From an uncultured delta proteobacterium (GTDB lineage: Bacteria > Desulfobacterota > BSN033 > UBA1163), in contig CAWGWZ010000001.1 of NCBI GenBank assembly GCA_963826305.1, positions 19,577 through 83,576 on the forward strand: a DNA stretch of 64,000 nt, read 5' to 3'. Position 1 is the first letter of the stretch, and each line of letters begins with the position of its first letter. A model generated the notes under the pieces. That model did no database searches. It was not told where the DNA came from and saw nothing but the letters and a program-made list of their open reading frames with translations. The position numbers were made by a program, and so were the translations under genes. Of the stretch, positions 48,155-58,010 are shown piece after piece.

Positions 48155-49585
48155 TTATGTCGAATTGCATTGGGACCTTGGTTTAAAGAGGCCGATCACA
48201 TATTCCTCGTGGATCCGATTTTCGATCGGTGACCCGTGCTTTTTACCAAAACGGGCGGGCATCATTCTCTTATTTCTGTCCATGGCCCGTCGAGTTACCC
48301 CAACCACATCGAAACCCAATGTTGCACCGATATCGGCAACGCAAAGATGAGTCTGAGTATCTATACCTCGCATTTTTGATATGCCCACAACAACGATGGC
48401 AGCGGAGTCATCGCGTAGGACACGAAACGCTTCAGAAAGCATAACCTTCATCTCAATGAAGTATTTTTGTAGAATCGCTCCTTTTTTCTGATCATGTTGC
48501 TGTAATTCGTAAACAATCCTTTGTGGCCGATCAGGCAATTCATCCTGCTGCATATGTTCAATATGCTCGGAACCAATATACCCTGCGCGCAACCTTGACA
48601 ATTCCGATATGGAATTGCCAAGCCATACAAGTGAGAATTTGTGGGCGCGCATGTAATCTATGGCATTCGCATAAGGGGGAGAAGTGACGATAAGATCAAT
48701 AACTCCATTTGCAATTGGCATCGAGCGGGCGTCCCCTGCAATGATAGATGCTACGCCACCACTTGCCTTCAATCCCTCCACACTCTTAAGATTCTTTTGG
48801 AGTCGAGACGAGAACTGTTCTAATGCATTCTTAGCGATTTTTGCTTTGTCCAGATGAGGACGGCTATGCGCTAAATCGCGTGCCATCGAGACACCACCAG
48901 ATTTCGTAACAATGATTGACGACAGCGTTAACTCAAAAAAGCGACGGATCGGCTCATCTGCGACACTTTGAATAGCGAGCACCAAAGCCATCAGTTCGCG
49001 TTGCGTGCGGGGTGAAAACCAATAATTGACAAAAGTTCTTGTCTTCTCATCAAAAAAATCGGAGAGACTCCGCTCAATTCTTTCTTTTTCTGATGGATAA
49101 TGGTGAGCTTTCTGGAGAACTTTGTTAATAGTATCCTGAATGTTGTTTAGATTTGCAGTCCTGGTTTTCGCATAGCCTAACCGCAGAGCTAAAGGATCAA
49201 TGTCAATACCGATGCCTCGCCTCCCTTCCAGCAATGCCTCGACAAGTGTCGTCCCTGATCCCATCATGGGGTCAAGGACAATATCGCCGGGACTAGTCAA
49301 ACCCCGTATAAAAACGCGAGGCAACTGAGGAGGGAATTTTGCCGCAAACGAATGGAGATCATGGGAGGCATAGCCGCTATCCTCACCGTGGAAATTCAAT
49401 TCGCCTTTAAGGAGCGCCTTCAATCTTTCTCTTTTATCAAGTACTTGCTGAAGATGAATCAAGATGTCGGGAGAAGGTGATTCCGAGGGCTTGGAAGCAA
49501 ACAGCCGAAGTTGTCTGTTGGATGTTTGTCGTATTCTGTCCCCAGTACTCTGAGAGGCCAAGTTTATTCCCCTATGAAATGACAA
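48155..49585 (-). CDS. Amino-DNA methyltransferase (alpha motif order; probably N4-cytosine)
   Basis: VLDPMMGSGTT (motif I) precedes IVTSPPY (motif IV); start codon uncertain. Confidence 0.88.
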   Translation of the reverse strand: MSFHRGINLASQSTGDRIRQTSNRQLRLFASKPSESPSPDILIHLQQVLDKRERLKALLKGELNFHGEDSGYASHDLHSFAAKFPPQLPRVFIRGLTSPGDIVLDPMMGSGTTLVEALLEGRRGIGIDIDPLALRLGYAKTRTANLNNIQDTINKVLQKAHHYPSEKERIERSLSDFFDEKTRTFVNYWFSPRTQRELMALVLAIQSVADEPIRRFFELTLSSIIVTKSGGVSMARDLAHSRPHLDKAKIAKNALEQFSSRLQKNLKSVEGLKASGGVASIIAGDARSMPIANGVIDLIVTSPPYANAIDYMRAHKFSLVWLGNSISELSRLRAGYIGSEHIEHMQQDELPDRPQRIVYELQQHDQKKGAILQKYFIEMKVMLSEAFRVLRDDSAAIVVVGISKMRGIDTQTHLCVADIGATLGFDVVGVTRRAMDRNKRMMPARFGKKHGSPIENRIHEEYVIGLFKPRSQCNST

Positions 49586-49710
49586 AGTTCCTATGATTCG
49601 TTGAGCAATATTTTATGGTCTTGGGGGAGGAATTTCAAGAGATTTATTTCCTGTTGTTTAAACGCAGTATTTTCGGCACCTTACCACTTTTTTCTTTAAT
49701 CAGCCATCTT

Positions 49711-50658
49711 TCAAACATGGTCCCTCAACTGAAGTTCCAAGGGATGAGGGTTCAAATAGACCTGTTGTTTGAGATAAGGCTGGTCGTACTTTCGAACGTA
49801 ATGATTGATGAGAGTAATGGGTACGACCAAAGGAATGTAACCCTCCCGATAATGATCAATCACCTCAAGTAACTCCTGTTTTTCGTCAGAAGATAACTGT
49901 TCCTTGAAATAACCCACCATGTGCATCAGTACATTCGTATTCCTCTTGGCGGTGGTCTTCAGCTCCAGGGATTCCATAAGAAGAATCTGGTATCGCTGGT
50001 AAAGCTGTTTAAATGGGAGGTCTTTGGCCTGGGCCACGAGCTTTCCCATTGCCTGATAATGCTTTGGGCTATGGGAGAGAATCAACAATTTATGTTTTGT
50101 ATGGAAGTCCACTACATTTCCCCGGCTCTCTCTTTTTCCTAATACCTCTCGCCACCTTCTTAAAGTGAAGATCCTCTCGATGAAATTCTCACGGAGTTCT
50201 GGATCATGAAGGCGTCCTTCATCCTCAACAGGAAGGAGTGGAAAGTGGTTCACAAAAATTCTTGCAAATATTCCCACTCCCTTTTTGACCGGCATCCCCT
50301 TTTCATTATAGACCCTGATCCGTTCCATGCCACTGCTTGGCGAATTGCTCTTGAAGATAAAGCCACAGAGGCATTCTTTTTCCAGTTCAGCAACCCGCTT
50401 TTGTGCCCACTTGACCATGCGATCCGTCATATCATGTTTGGTACGAGTCTTTACTAAACGGGGAGAGTCTGGATCTCCTCCGAGGTGCATGGCTTCCCTC
50501 GGAACGGAGAGACCGCATTCCACTTCAGGGCAGACAGGGACATATTCCACATATTGTCCCAGGGTATCAGTTAGAAACCGATCCAGCTTATGACCACCGT
50601 CATAACGGACATTCTCACCAAGCAAACAGGTGCTTATGCCCAGTTTGATTTTTTCCAT
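49711..50658 (-). CDS. DUF523 (2-thiouracil desulfurase-like) + DUF1722 (YbgA) protein
   Basis: STCLLGENVRYDGGH, CPEVECGLSVPRE, SPSSG, VEDEGRL, FHTKHK. Confidence 0.92.
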   Translation of the reverse strand: MEKIKLGISTCLLGENVRYDGGHKLDRFLTDTLGQYVEYVPVCPEVECGLSVPREAMHLGGDPDSPRLVKTRTKHDMTDRMVKWAQKRVAELEKECLCGFIFKSNSPSSGMERIRVYNEKGMPVKKGVGIFARIFVNHFPLLPVEDEGRLHDPELRENFIERIFTLRRWREVLGKRESRGNVVDFHTKHKLLILSHSPKHYQAMGKLVAQAKDLPFKQLYQRYQILLMESLELKTTAKRNTNVLMHMVGYFKEQLSSDEKQELLEVIDHYREGYIPLVVPITLINHYVRKYDQPYLKQQVYLNPHPLELQLRDHV

Positions 50659-50886
50659 TGATTTCTCTCTTTATTAACATAGATTTAATTCTGAAACCAA
50701 ATGTTGGAAAAAATATATACTTTGAGATTTATCTATCTGCTACTTCCCTTTGAAGAATAGCCAGTAGGAATATAAATTTCATTCAAGATCAAAAGTTAGT
50801 TGACATTTGATTAACAACAAGATATTAATATTCACTAAAATTAACCTAAACTATAATATTTTCTAATTTAAATAAGTTAGGGTTAA

Positions 50887-52194
50887 ATGCCTGGGAAAAT
50901 TTCTTCGGGAATTGGTTACTTAGATCATCTCTTGGGTTTTCTCAAAACCGGTGATAATGTCATCTGGGAGGTCGATGCCGGCACTTATATCGAAATATTT
51001 CTTCTACGATTTATTGAACATACCTTGAAGAATGGATATAAAGTCGTCTATGTCAGTTTCAATGTGTCTCCTTCTACAATCACGAAGCGTTTGAATTACC
51101 TCCCCAACTTAGAGAATCTAACCATCTTGGACTGTTTTACCTCTGGAAAGGGAAACAGTGATCCCCTCTTCACCCAATTCTATGAAAAGAGGAAGGAAGG
51201 ATTTGTGGGGAGTGTGATCAAGGTTGAAAGCCCCAAGGACCATTCCCAATTTCGTGTCGCGATGGATCGGATTGAGATTGAGAAGGGGGCGGGCGTTCGA
51301 TATGTTTTCGATAGCCTGACAGGGATGCAGGATATCTGGGGAGATGAAAATGTCACTTATAAATTCTTCACCTACTCCTGCCCCAGGCTCTACGATCTTC
51401 AGACCGTTGCCTACTGGGTTTTGGAGAAGGAGGCGCACACTCCATCCTTTAAAGCCAATCTGAGGCACATCACGCAGGTGGCGATCGAACTCGATAAGAA
51501 GAATGGTGAGCTCTTTTTTAAAGTGATTAAGAGCGAGGGCAGGTTTTCAAGAGCCGCCTTTCTTCCGAAGCATTATGAGGTGTGGGATCAGGAAGTAATA
51601 TTTCCTTCTATTGGGGGCAGAAGGCCCAGTAACCTGGGCGATAAACTGAGGACGTTGAGGAAAAAATTGGGTATGACACAGAAGGAATTGACTGAGCGGG
51701 TGGACCTCACCCCGAGCTTTATTTCTCAGTTGGAGAAGAATGTGATCAGTCCCTCCCTCGATTCTCTTCTAAAATTGAGCGAAAAGTTGAATACCCAACC
51801 TATCTACTTTTTGATGGATGCAGAGAGCGGCCCGTTGCAGAAGATGGTGATTAAACCGGGCGAGAGGCAGGATATTCATCTTCAGGATATGAAGGTCACC
51901 GATGTGAAAGCTCAACTTCTCGTCTCTGATGTGCTCAACCGCAGGATGGAACCTTATATTTTGACACTGAAAGAGGGTGCCACAGTTACTGGCCATTTTT
52001 ACAGTCATAAAGGGGACGAATTCGCCTATGTGATGGAAGGAGAATTGGAAGTTGAAATTCAAGATGAAAAGCAGGTGCTGAGAGAGGGGGACAGCCTTTA
52101 TATAGAGTCGATCGTTCCATCAAGGTGGGTCAATATCGGTAAGGGCGACGCCGTTCTTTTATGGGTTTTGAGTCCTCCACGAGGAAACTGGTGA
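50887..52194 (+). CDS. XRE-HTH/cupin transcriptional regulator with an N-terminal degenerate KaiC/RAD55-like domain
   Basis: SSGIGYLDHLL..GDNVIW, YVFDSL; LRKKLGMTQKEL..SFISQLEKN..SPS HTH; HKGDEFAYVMEG cupin. Confidence 0.85.
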   Translation: MPGKISSGIGYLDHLLGFLKTGDNVIWEVDAGTYIEIFLLRFIEHTLKNGYKVVYVSFNVSPSTITKRLNYLPNLENLTILDCFTSGKGNSDPLFTQFYEKRKEGFVGSVIKVESPKDHSQFRVAMDRIEIEKGAGVRYVFDSLTGMQDIWGDENVTYKFFTYSCPRLYDLQTVAYWVLEKEAHTPSFKANLRHITQVAIELDKKNGELFFKVIKSEGRFSRAAFLPKHYEVWDQEVIFPSIGGRRPSNLGDKLRTLRKKLGMTQKELTERVDLTPSFISQLEKNVISPSLDSLLKLSEKLNTQPIYFLMDAESGPLQKMVIKPGERQDIHLQDMKVTDVKAQLLVSDVLNRRMEPYILTLKEGATVTGHFYSHKGDEFAYVMEGELEVEIQDEKQVLREGDSLYIESIVPSRWVNIGKGDAVLLWVLSPPRGNW

Positions 52195-52293
52195 AATTAA
52201 GCAAGAATTAAGACAATTATTTTTTGGGAAAATAAATTAAGTAACATATAGAGTAATGGGGTCACCCTTTGAAAGGCTGACCCCTAATTCTTC

Positions 52294-52848
52294 CTACAAT
52301 TTCTTTGCGGTCAAAATCTTTTCTGCAGCGATGACCATATTTCTATATTTTTCATGGATCAGACTTCTATCGAACTCCCATTCCTCTTTCAACATCGCCT
52401 CTTTTTCAGCCTCCGTGAAATAATCCATGCAGGGAATGAAGAAATGCTTATCCTCTTTTTCGATATGCTTGGGATAGAATTCTATCAAAGTTTTGATGGA
52501 ATCCGTGATGGCTGATAGGGCCTCTTGATTGCCCTGAACATACCTCGCGTTTGCCTCCACCAGTCTTCCTGTCACTTTTCTTGCCCACCGGTGTTCCTCA
52601 ACCAATTCGCCCATGGTGCGCTTGTGCTCATCCCTGAGCTTCTTCCCTCCAAGGTCCCGGAACAGAATATCTTCTTCTTTCCCATGATGACATCGATCAG
52701 CATAGGTGCGGATAAAATCAACAGCCATCCCGATGAATTCAGGATCGACTTTCTTCTCCTTCCCAATGAGGAGAAGTTCTTCCTTCATCACATCGATCAT
52801 TCGTTCGATGAGTCTGTGTTCAATCATCAAAGGGGCAATCGGCATCAT
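52294..52848 (-). CDS. Hemerythrin (HHE) domain protein
   Basis: EHRLI, HHGKEEDILF, EEH, HIEKED. Confidence 0.9.
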   Translation of the reverse strand: MMPIAPLMIEHRLIERMIDVMKEELLLIGKEKKVDPEFIGMAVDFIRTYADRCHHGKEEDILFRDLGGKKLRDEHKRTMGELVEEHRWARKVTGRLVEANARYVQGNQEALSAITDSIKTLIEFYPKHIEKEDKHFFIPCMDYFTEAEKEAMLKEEWEFDRSLIHEKYRNMVIAAEKILTAKKL

Positions 52849-52872
52849 CTGATAAACTCCTCCTCTTCTAAT

Positions 52873-53880
52873 TCAAAGGTCATCTTTCACTGACACCTGC
52901 GAAGGCTTTTTTCGGTCGGGCGGAGGGACCTCTGGAAAGGACCGGGGGTTTAGAAACTCCACAGGAAAGTCCTTTTGAACCCAGGCATTAAGACCTCCGG
53001 CAAGAGGCCGGACCTGTTTAATCCCCCGCTGCTTCAATAAAAGTGCCGCCCGGGCGCTTGAAGCCTCATTGGGTCAGGTGCAAAACAGGATGATCTCACG
53101 GTCACGGGGTATCTTGTGATGTTGCTTCTCCAGCTCTTCGATGGAGAGGTGAAAAGAACCAGGAATGGTACGGGGCTCCATCTCAAATTCAAGGGCATCA
53201 CGCAGATCTAAAATCAAAATGTCTTCACCCCCATCCAGTTTCTGCTTCACTTCTTCAGGAGTGATCCGTGCGATAGATAGCTGGCGGAGAAACCGCTTGC
53301 GCTGGATATATTTCCATAAAATATAAACTCCTAACCCTACTGGAACAATGAGCCCTATCCAAGGCCCCACACCACGGGTTTTAATCACATGCTCTTCGAT
53401 CTCATGGCCAAACTGGTAGCCCAATAAAGTAAAAACACTTACCCAGATAAAGGCCCCGAGACCATCAAAGAAAAGGAAGCGAAGAAGACGCATGCGAAGG
53501 ATTCCTGCCAGAGGTGGGCCCATCGCGTTCATCCCAGGAATGAATTTAGCTACAAGAAGCGAGGGAGCACCGTAGCGGGCAAAGATCACTTTTGTGTGAT
53601 GCACACAGGAATCGGGATCGAGAGAAATGCGGCAGAGCAAGGTTAGGACTTTACTGCCACGAAAGCGCCCCATGTGAAACCAGAAAAAGTCACTGAGCAA
53701 TGCAGCCGCAACTCCGGCACCGAAGACCATGATAAAATTTAATCGTCCAATTCCAGCAAGGGCTCCGGCTGCCACCAACATGGGAGCAGCCGGAATCGGC
53801 AAGCCCAGTTGTTCAAAAAGAACCCAAAAAAAGAGCACCGTATATCCGTTTTGGATTAAGAACTGAATCGTCTCATTCAT
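52873..53880 (-). CDS. DedA/VTT-rhodanese fusion with a CxU selenocysteine motif
   Basis: ILFCT-TGA(53074-53076)-PNEASSARAALLLKQRGIKQVRPLAGGLNAW...FPVE completes the rhodanese domain; hairpin at 53031-53064. Confidence 0.88.
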
Positions 53881-53961
53881 GGTTTGATTCCGGAAGAAAA
53901 CCGTTAACTTTAATTATATATAGACAGGGTTCAGAAATAACAAACAAAACATTTGAGTAAA

Positions 53962-54001
53962 CCCCGTTAGAAATTCCAGCGGGGCATTATTTCTAACGGG
54001 G
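53962..54001 (+). mobile_element. CCCCGTTAGAAA-family MITE, short form
   Basis: Identical to 32531-32570 with GAGTAAA/TAAA flanks. Confidence 0.85.
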
Positions 54002-54109
54002 TAAAGTGGCATCGGATTCTGGGGGAGAAAATGGATGGAAAAGGATTTTTTGAACCAAAAGTTGGTGACGAAAGTCCGAGTGGGAAAGATCATCTTCAAC
54101 GTCGAATCC

Positions 54110-56275
54110 CTAACCTTTTTTGTCCCCCACTCCGAGAAAGGCCTTTTTAATTCGTTCCGGAGTCATGGGAAGCTCGAACAGCCTCGCTCCTGTCGCATCG
54201 AAAATGGCGTTGGCAATGACCCCTCCCGTGCAGACAATGGGCGGCTCTCCACCACCTGCCGGAGGAATTCCAGGGTTCTCAATCAGCACAGTCTCAATCT
54301 TTGGCAGCCACGAGAAGCGAGGGATCTCATAGGTATCAAAGTTGCGGTCAAGGATTTCGCCGCCGTTGAATCGGACTTCTTCACTCAATGTGTACCCCAG
54401 CCCCATCGTAAGGCATCCCTCCATCTGCATCTTTGCTCCTTCAGGATTGATCGCAAGGCCCATATCCTGAGCACAGACGACTCGTTTTACCCGAACCCTT
54501 CCACTTTCTCGATCCACATCCACTTCGGCCATTGTGGCGACATACGCACCTACGTCCATTCCGCAGGCCAAACCAAAACCGCGACCGCTCGGGGCCGGTG
54601 AGGCTCTCCACTCAAATTTCTCGGCGGCAGTTTTAAGGACTTTAATCATCCTATTATCGTTCAAGTTTTTCAACCGGAACTCCAGCGGGTCCATCGCCAC
54701 CTTTGCAGCCATGATGTCGATATGGGACTCTCTTGCAAAGGTATTCGTGTTATTTCCCGGCGCCCGCCAGGGTCCTGTGCCGAAGGGGTGAGCACCCGGA
54801 GTGCCGGAATAATGCCCATGGGAGAGTTCCCGATGATGGGGGATATCATAAAACTGCTCTGCACCCCTCGGTCCTCCAAAATAGACATCGTAATTCCAAT
54901 AAGCGATTTGATTCGTCTCCGTCACTCCAGATCTAATTTTGACGATGGCTGCAGGCCGGAAGGTGTCGTGGAAGAACTCTTCTTGCCGGTTCCAGGCAAC
55001 CTGAACAGGTTTTCCAACCAGTTTTGCAAGGCGTGCGGCCTCAACGACCTGCCTGTTCTGACTTTTTCCGCCAAATCCGCCTCCCAGAAAGGGAGCGATG
55101 ATTCTGACTCTTTCAGAGGGAATCCCCAGTGCCTGAGCTACTTCCTCTTTGGCACCGAAAGGTCTCTGGGTCGATGCCCAGACCGTCACCCGATCTTTCT
55201 CGATTTTGGCAAGAGCAGTGTGGGTCTCGATCGTTGCATGCGCGACATAATGATTCAGATAGGTTGCTTCGAAAGCTTCCTGGGCAGCTCTTTCTCCCTC
55301 CTTGATGTTCCCCCCTTGCGTAACCACTTCTCCTCCTGGAGCAACATCTAAAAGATGTTTGAAGATCGTCTGGGGATCAACTTTCGCCTCCGGCAAATCA
55401 AACTCGGCTTTGATTTTGGATAAGGCCTTTTCAGCCCCGTCAGGGTATGGATGAAGAACCGCGATCAAATCTCGATCCCGAATGATCCGGATCTCTCTAT
55501 CATTTTGAAGAGCCGATGTATCCACGCTTCTCAACTTGGCCCCATGAACCGGCGGCCTCAAAATCTTCGCATAGTACATACCGGGTACTCGAATATCTCC
55601 GGCAAATTGAGCCTTTCCGGTAACCTTTGCCAAAGCATCTTTACGCGAAGCCGGTTTGCCGACGATCGTAAACTCTGAAATATCCTTTACTGGCGGTTTT
55701 TTCGGCAGATGCTTTTCAATTGACTTGCCCTTTGCGAGCTCGACGTAGCTGACCCGCTTTCTATTATTATTTTTATCCATCACAACGCCATCTTTAACGA
55801 TCAGTCGGTTCTCATTCAAATGGAGATGCTTTGAGGCCAGACCGATTAATATCGCCCTTGCCTCGGCAGCCGCTTCTCTTAAAGGAGACCCGAAGAACCG
55901 GGTGCTCCGCGACCCGAACGTTCCCATGTCCCAAGGGCAGAGGTCAGTATCACCCATGACCATATTCACTGTATCGAACGGCACGTCGAGTTCGTCAGCG
56001 AGCATCTGTGCAAGGGATGTCACAATGCCTTGTCCCATTTCGACTTTACCCGTGAAGCAGGTCACCCGGCCGTCAGCTCCAATCCTGAGGAAGGCATTAA
56101 AATCAGTTGGCAGATCCTGGTAACCCGGTTGCCTTCGCTCCTGGGCTGTCAATTCCCCATAGGAAAAGAAGATGACGATTCCTCCACCCACGGCCTTGAG
56201 GAATTCGCGTCGGCTAATAGAAAACGAGCCCTTTCTTTCTTTCCGCTCCAGGTCGGGCGATTTGTCCTCTTTCAT
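54110..56275 (-). CDS. Xanthine dehydrogenase family molybdopterin subunit (IorB-like)
   Basis: Tat-like SRREFLK; GKVEMGQG, GGGFGGK, WRAPG, GGGEP, PMTPERI. Confidence 0.92.
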   Translation of the reverse strand: MKEDKSPDLERKERKGSFSISRREFLKAVGGGIVIFFSYGELTAQERRQPGYQDLPTDFNAFLRIGADGRVTCFTGKVEMGQGIVTSLAQMLADELDVPFDTVNMVMGDTDLCPWDMGTFGSRSTRFFGSPLREAAAEARAILIGLASKHLHLNENRLIVKDGVVMDKNNNRKRVSYVELAKGKSIEKHLPKKPPVKDISEFTIVGKPASRKDALAKVTGKAQFAGDIRVPGMYYAKILRPPVHGAKLRSVDTSALQNDREIRIIRDRDLIAVLHPYPDGAEKALSKIKAEFDLPEAKVDPQTIFKHLLDVAPGGEVVTQGGNIKEGERAAQEAFEATYLNHYVAHATIETHTALAKIEKDRVTVWASTQRPFGAKEEVAQALGIPSERVRIIAPFLGGGFGGKSQNRQVVEAARLAKLVGKPVQVAWNRQEEFFHDTFRPAAIVKIRSGVTETNQIAYWNYDVYFGGPRGAEQFYDIPHHRELSHGHYSGTPGAHPFGTGPWRAPGNNTNTFARESHIDIMAAKVAMDPLEFRLKNLNDNRMIKVLKTAAEKFEWRASPAPSGRGFGLACGMDVGAYVATMAEVDVDRESGRVRVKRVVCAQDMGLAINPEGAKMQMEGCLTMGLGYTLSEEVRFNGGEILDRNFDTYEIPRFSWLPKIETVLIENPGIPPAGGGEPPIVCTGGVIANAIFDATGARLFELPMTPERIKKAFLGVGDKKG

Positions 56276-56759
56276 CCTTTTCTCCCCCCTCTCATCTCTT
56301 TCGCCGCACTCTGAATGGCTTGGACGATCCGAACATGTGCTCCACAACGGCACAGGTTATCATTCATGCCCTCGATAATCTCTGCCTCCGTAGGCTGGGG
56401 TTTTTCCAACAATAGACTATAGGCGTTCAAGATCATCCCTGGGGTACAAAAACCGCATTGGAGGGCATCATGGTCCATGAAGGCTTTTTGCAGAGGGTGA
56501 AACGTCCATTCATAGCTAAGCCTTCAATGGTTACAATTTCCTTTCCGTTGATCTCTTTCACAGAAACCTGACAGGAGCGAGCTGCCCTGTTGTTGATGAG
56601 AACGGTGCAGGCTCCGCAGATGCCCTCTCCGCAGCCGTATTTCGGTCCGGTGAGACCAAGATCTGACCTTAGGACCCACAAAAGCCTTCGTTCTCCATCC
56701 ACTTTCAACTCCAAGGGCCTATCATTGAGCTTAAACTTTATGGTATCGATCATGTCCAT
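56272..56759 (-). pseudogene. (2Fe-2S)-binding small subunit (IorA/CoxS-like), frameshifted near 56500
   Basis: GCGEGICGAC and QCGFCTPG...LCRC lie in two frames; one added base restores GRxHPLQKAF. Confidence 0.85.
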
Positions 56760-57187
56760 GAGTCTCCCTTCTCAACTTCGTCTAAGCTTCAAATTAACAC
56801 AAAGGACTTTGATGCTCAAACCAATAATCAACGTTGTCAAGGGAAAGGGAGATCGAGGTGGGTGGAAAGAATTTTATGGAAGACCTCTTTTTCTAACGGG
56901 ATGTGTGCCTATGAAAAACCTATCAAAAAAAGAGAAAGGCACGGCCGAGAAAATTTGGAACATAAGAGCGGCGGGGAAGGACGGGGCGGTTAGAATATGA
57001 TAATATTTAACAGGCCAGACTTTTTGTCGGTGACACACTGATAAAAAAGGGGACAGCTTAATTTTTTCCGTCCCCTTCTCTTCTATATTCTCCTATCTTT
57101 GATCGCTGCCAGAACCCTTTCCGGGGTGAACCGTTCCGAATTGGTCAAATGAGACCTCCGTTCGTGCTCATTTCACCAGATTGCTCT

Positions 57188-57697
57188 TCATAATCCGCAC
57201 TTCTTAAACTCTTTTGCAAGGTCCACATAGGTGCGGCTTCCTATTACTATCCGCTCCAATTCTTGATCACTGAGAGCCCTTACGATTTTCACTGGAATTC
57301 CCACAGCCAGAGATCCTGAAGGAACTTTAAAATGATCCTTCACCATCGAATAGGCACCGATCATGCAGAAATCCTCAATTTCCGATTGATTGTTCAGTAC
57401 GGCATGCATTCCAATCAATACGTTGTCCCCGATTCTGGCACAGTGGACCATCGACCCATGAGCGATCGTCACATTGTTTCCTATCGTTACATCCGAAAAT
57501 CCGGCATGAACAACACAATTATCTTGGATGTTACTGCTGGATCCGATTCGGATTCGGAATCGATCCGCTCTCAAGACTGCTCCGGGCCAGATACCTGAGT
57601 TCTCCCCAATTTCCACATCTCCGACCACATAAGCCGCCTCACTCACGAAGGCCGAATCAGCGATCTTCGGCTTTTTCCCTCCCAATTCTCTAATCAT
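57188..57697 (-). CDS. Gamma-carbonic anhydrase family hexapeptide-repeat protein
   Basis: GDVEIG..WPGAVLRAD, NIQDNCVVH, TIAHG..VH. Confidence 0.92.
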   Translation of the reverse strand: MIRELGGKKPKIADSAFVSEAAYVVGDVEIGENSGIWPGAVLRADRFRIRIGSSSNIQDNCVVHAGFSDVTIGNNVTIAHGSMVHCARIGDNVLIGMHAVLNNQSEIEDFCMIGAYSMVKDHFKVPSGSLAVGIPVKIVRALSDQELERIVIGSRTYVDLAKEFKKCGL

Positions 57698-57877
57698 GAT
57701 AGAGAACCCTCCATTCCGTATGCCAAAAAGAGAAAAAGGAAATGATTGCTCTAACTTCCTCCTCTAACCATCTTTTGTATCATACACAAAAAATTCTATT
57801 AATCAAAGCGAGGTTAAAAAATCGATGAATCTTCAGGTGGCATGAGTAGAAAGTGACGAACCAAAAATATTCACCCT

Positions 57878-57893
57878 TTTGACCTAAGTCAAA
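57878..57893. promoter_or_regulatory. Crp/FNR-family palindrome upstream of hcp
   Basis: TTTGAC-CTAA-GTCAAA, with TATTAT at 57915-57920 consistent with class II (-41.5) spacing. Confidence 0.65.
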
Positions 57894-58010
57894 CACAAAT
57901 TGATCTTTTAATATTATTATTTGTATAATTAGATCGCCGACGAACGATATTGGTAAATGTATTTCAGGGCTGGCGATCAAAAAAGATCTCATTCAAAAGG
58001 AGGGGAGACG

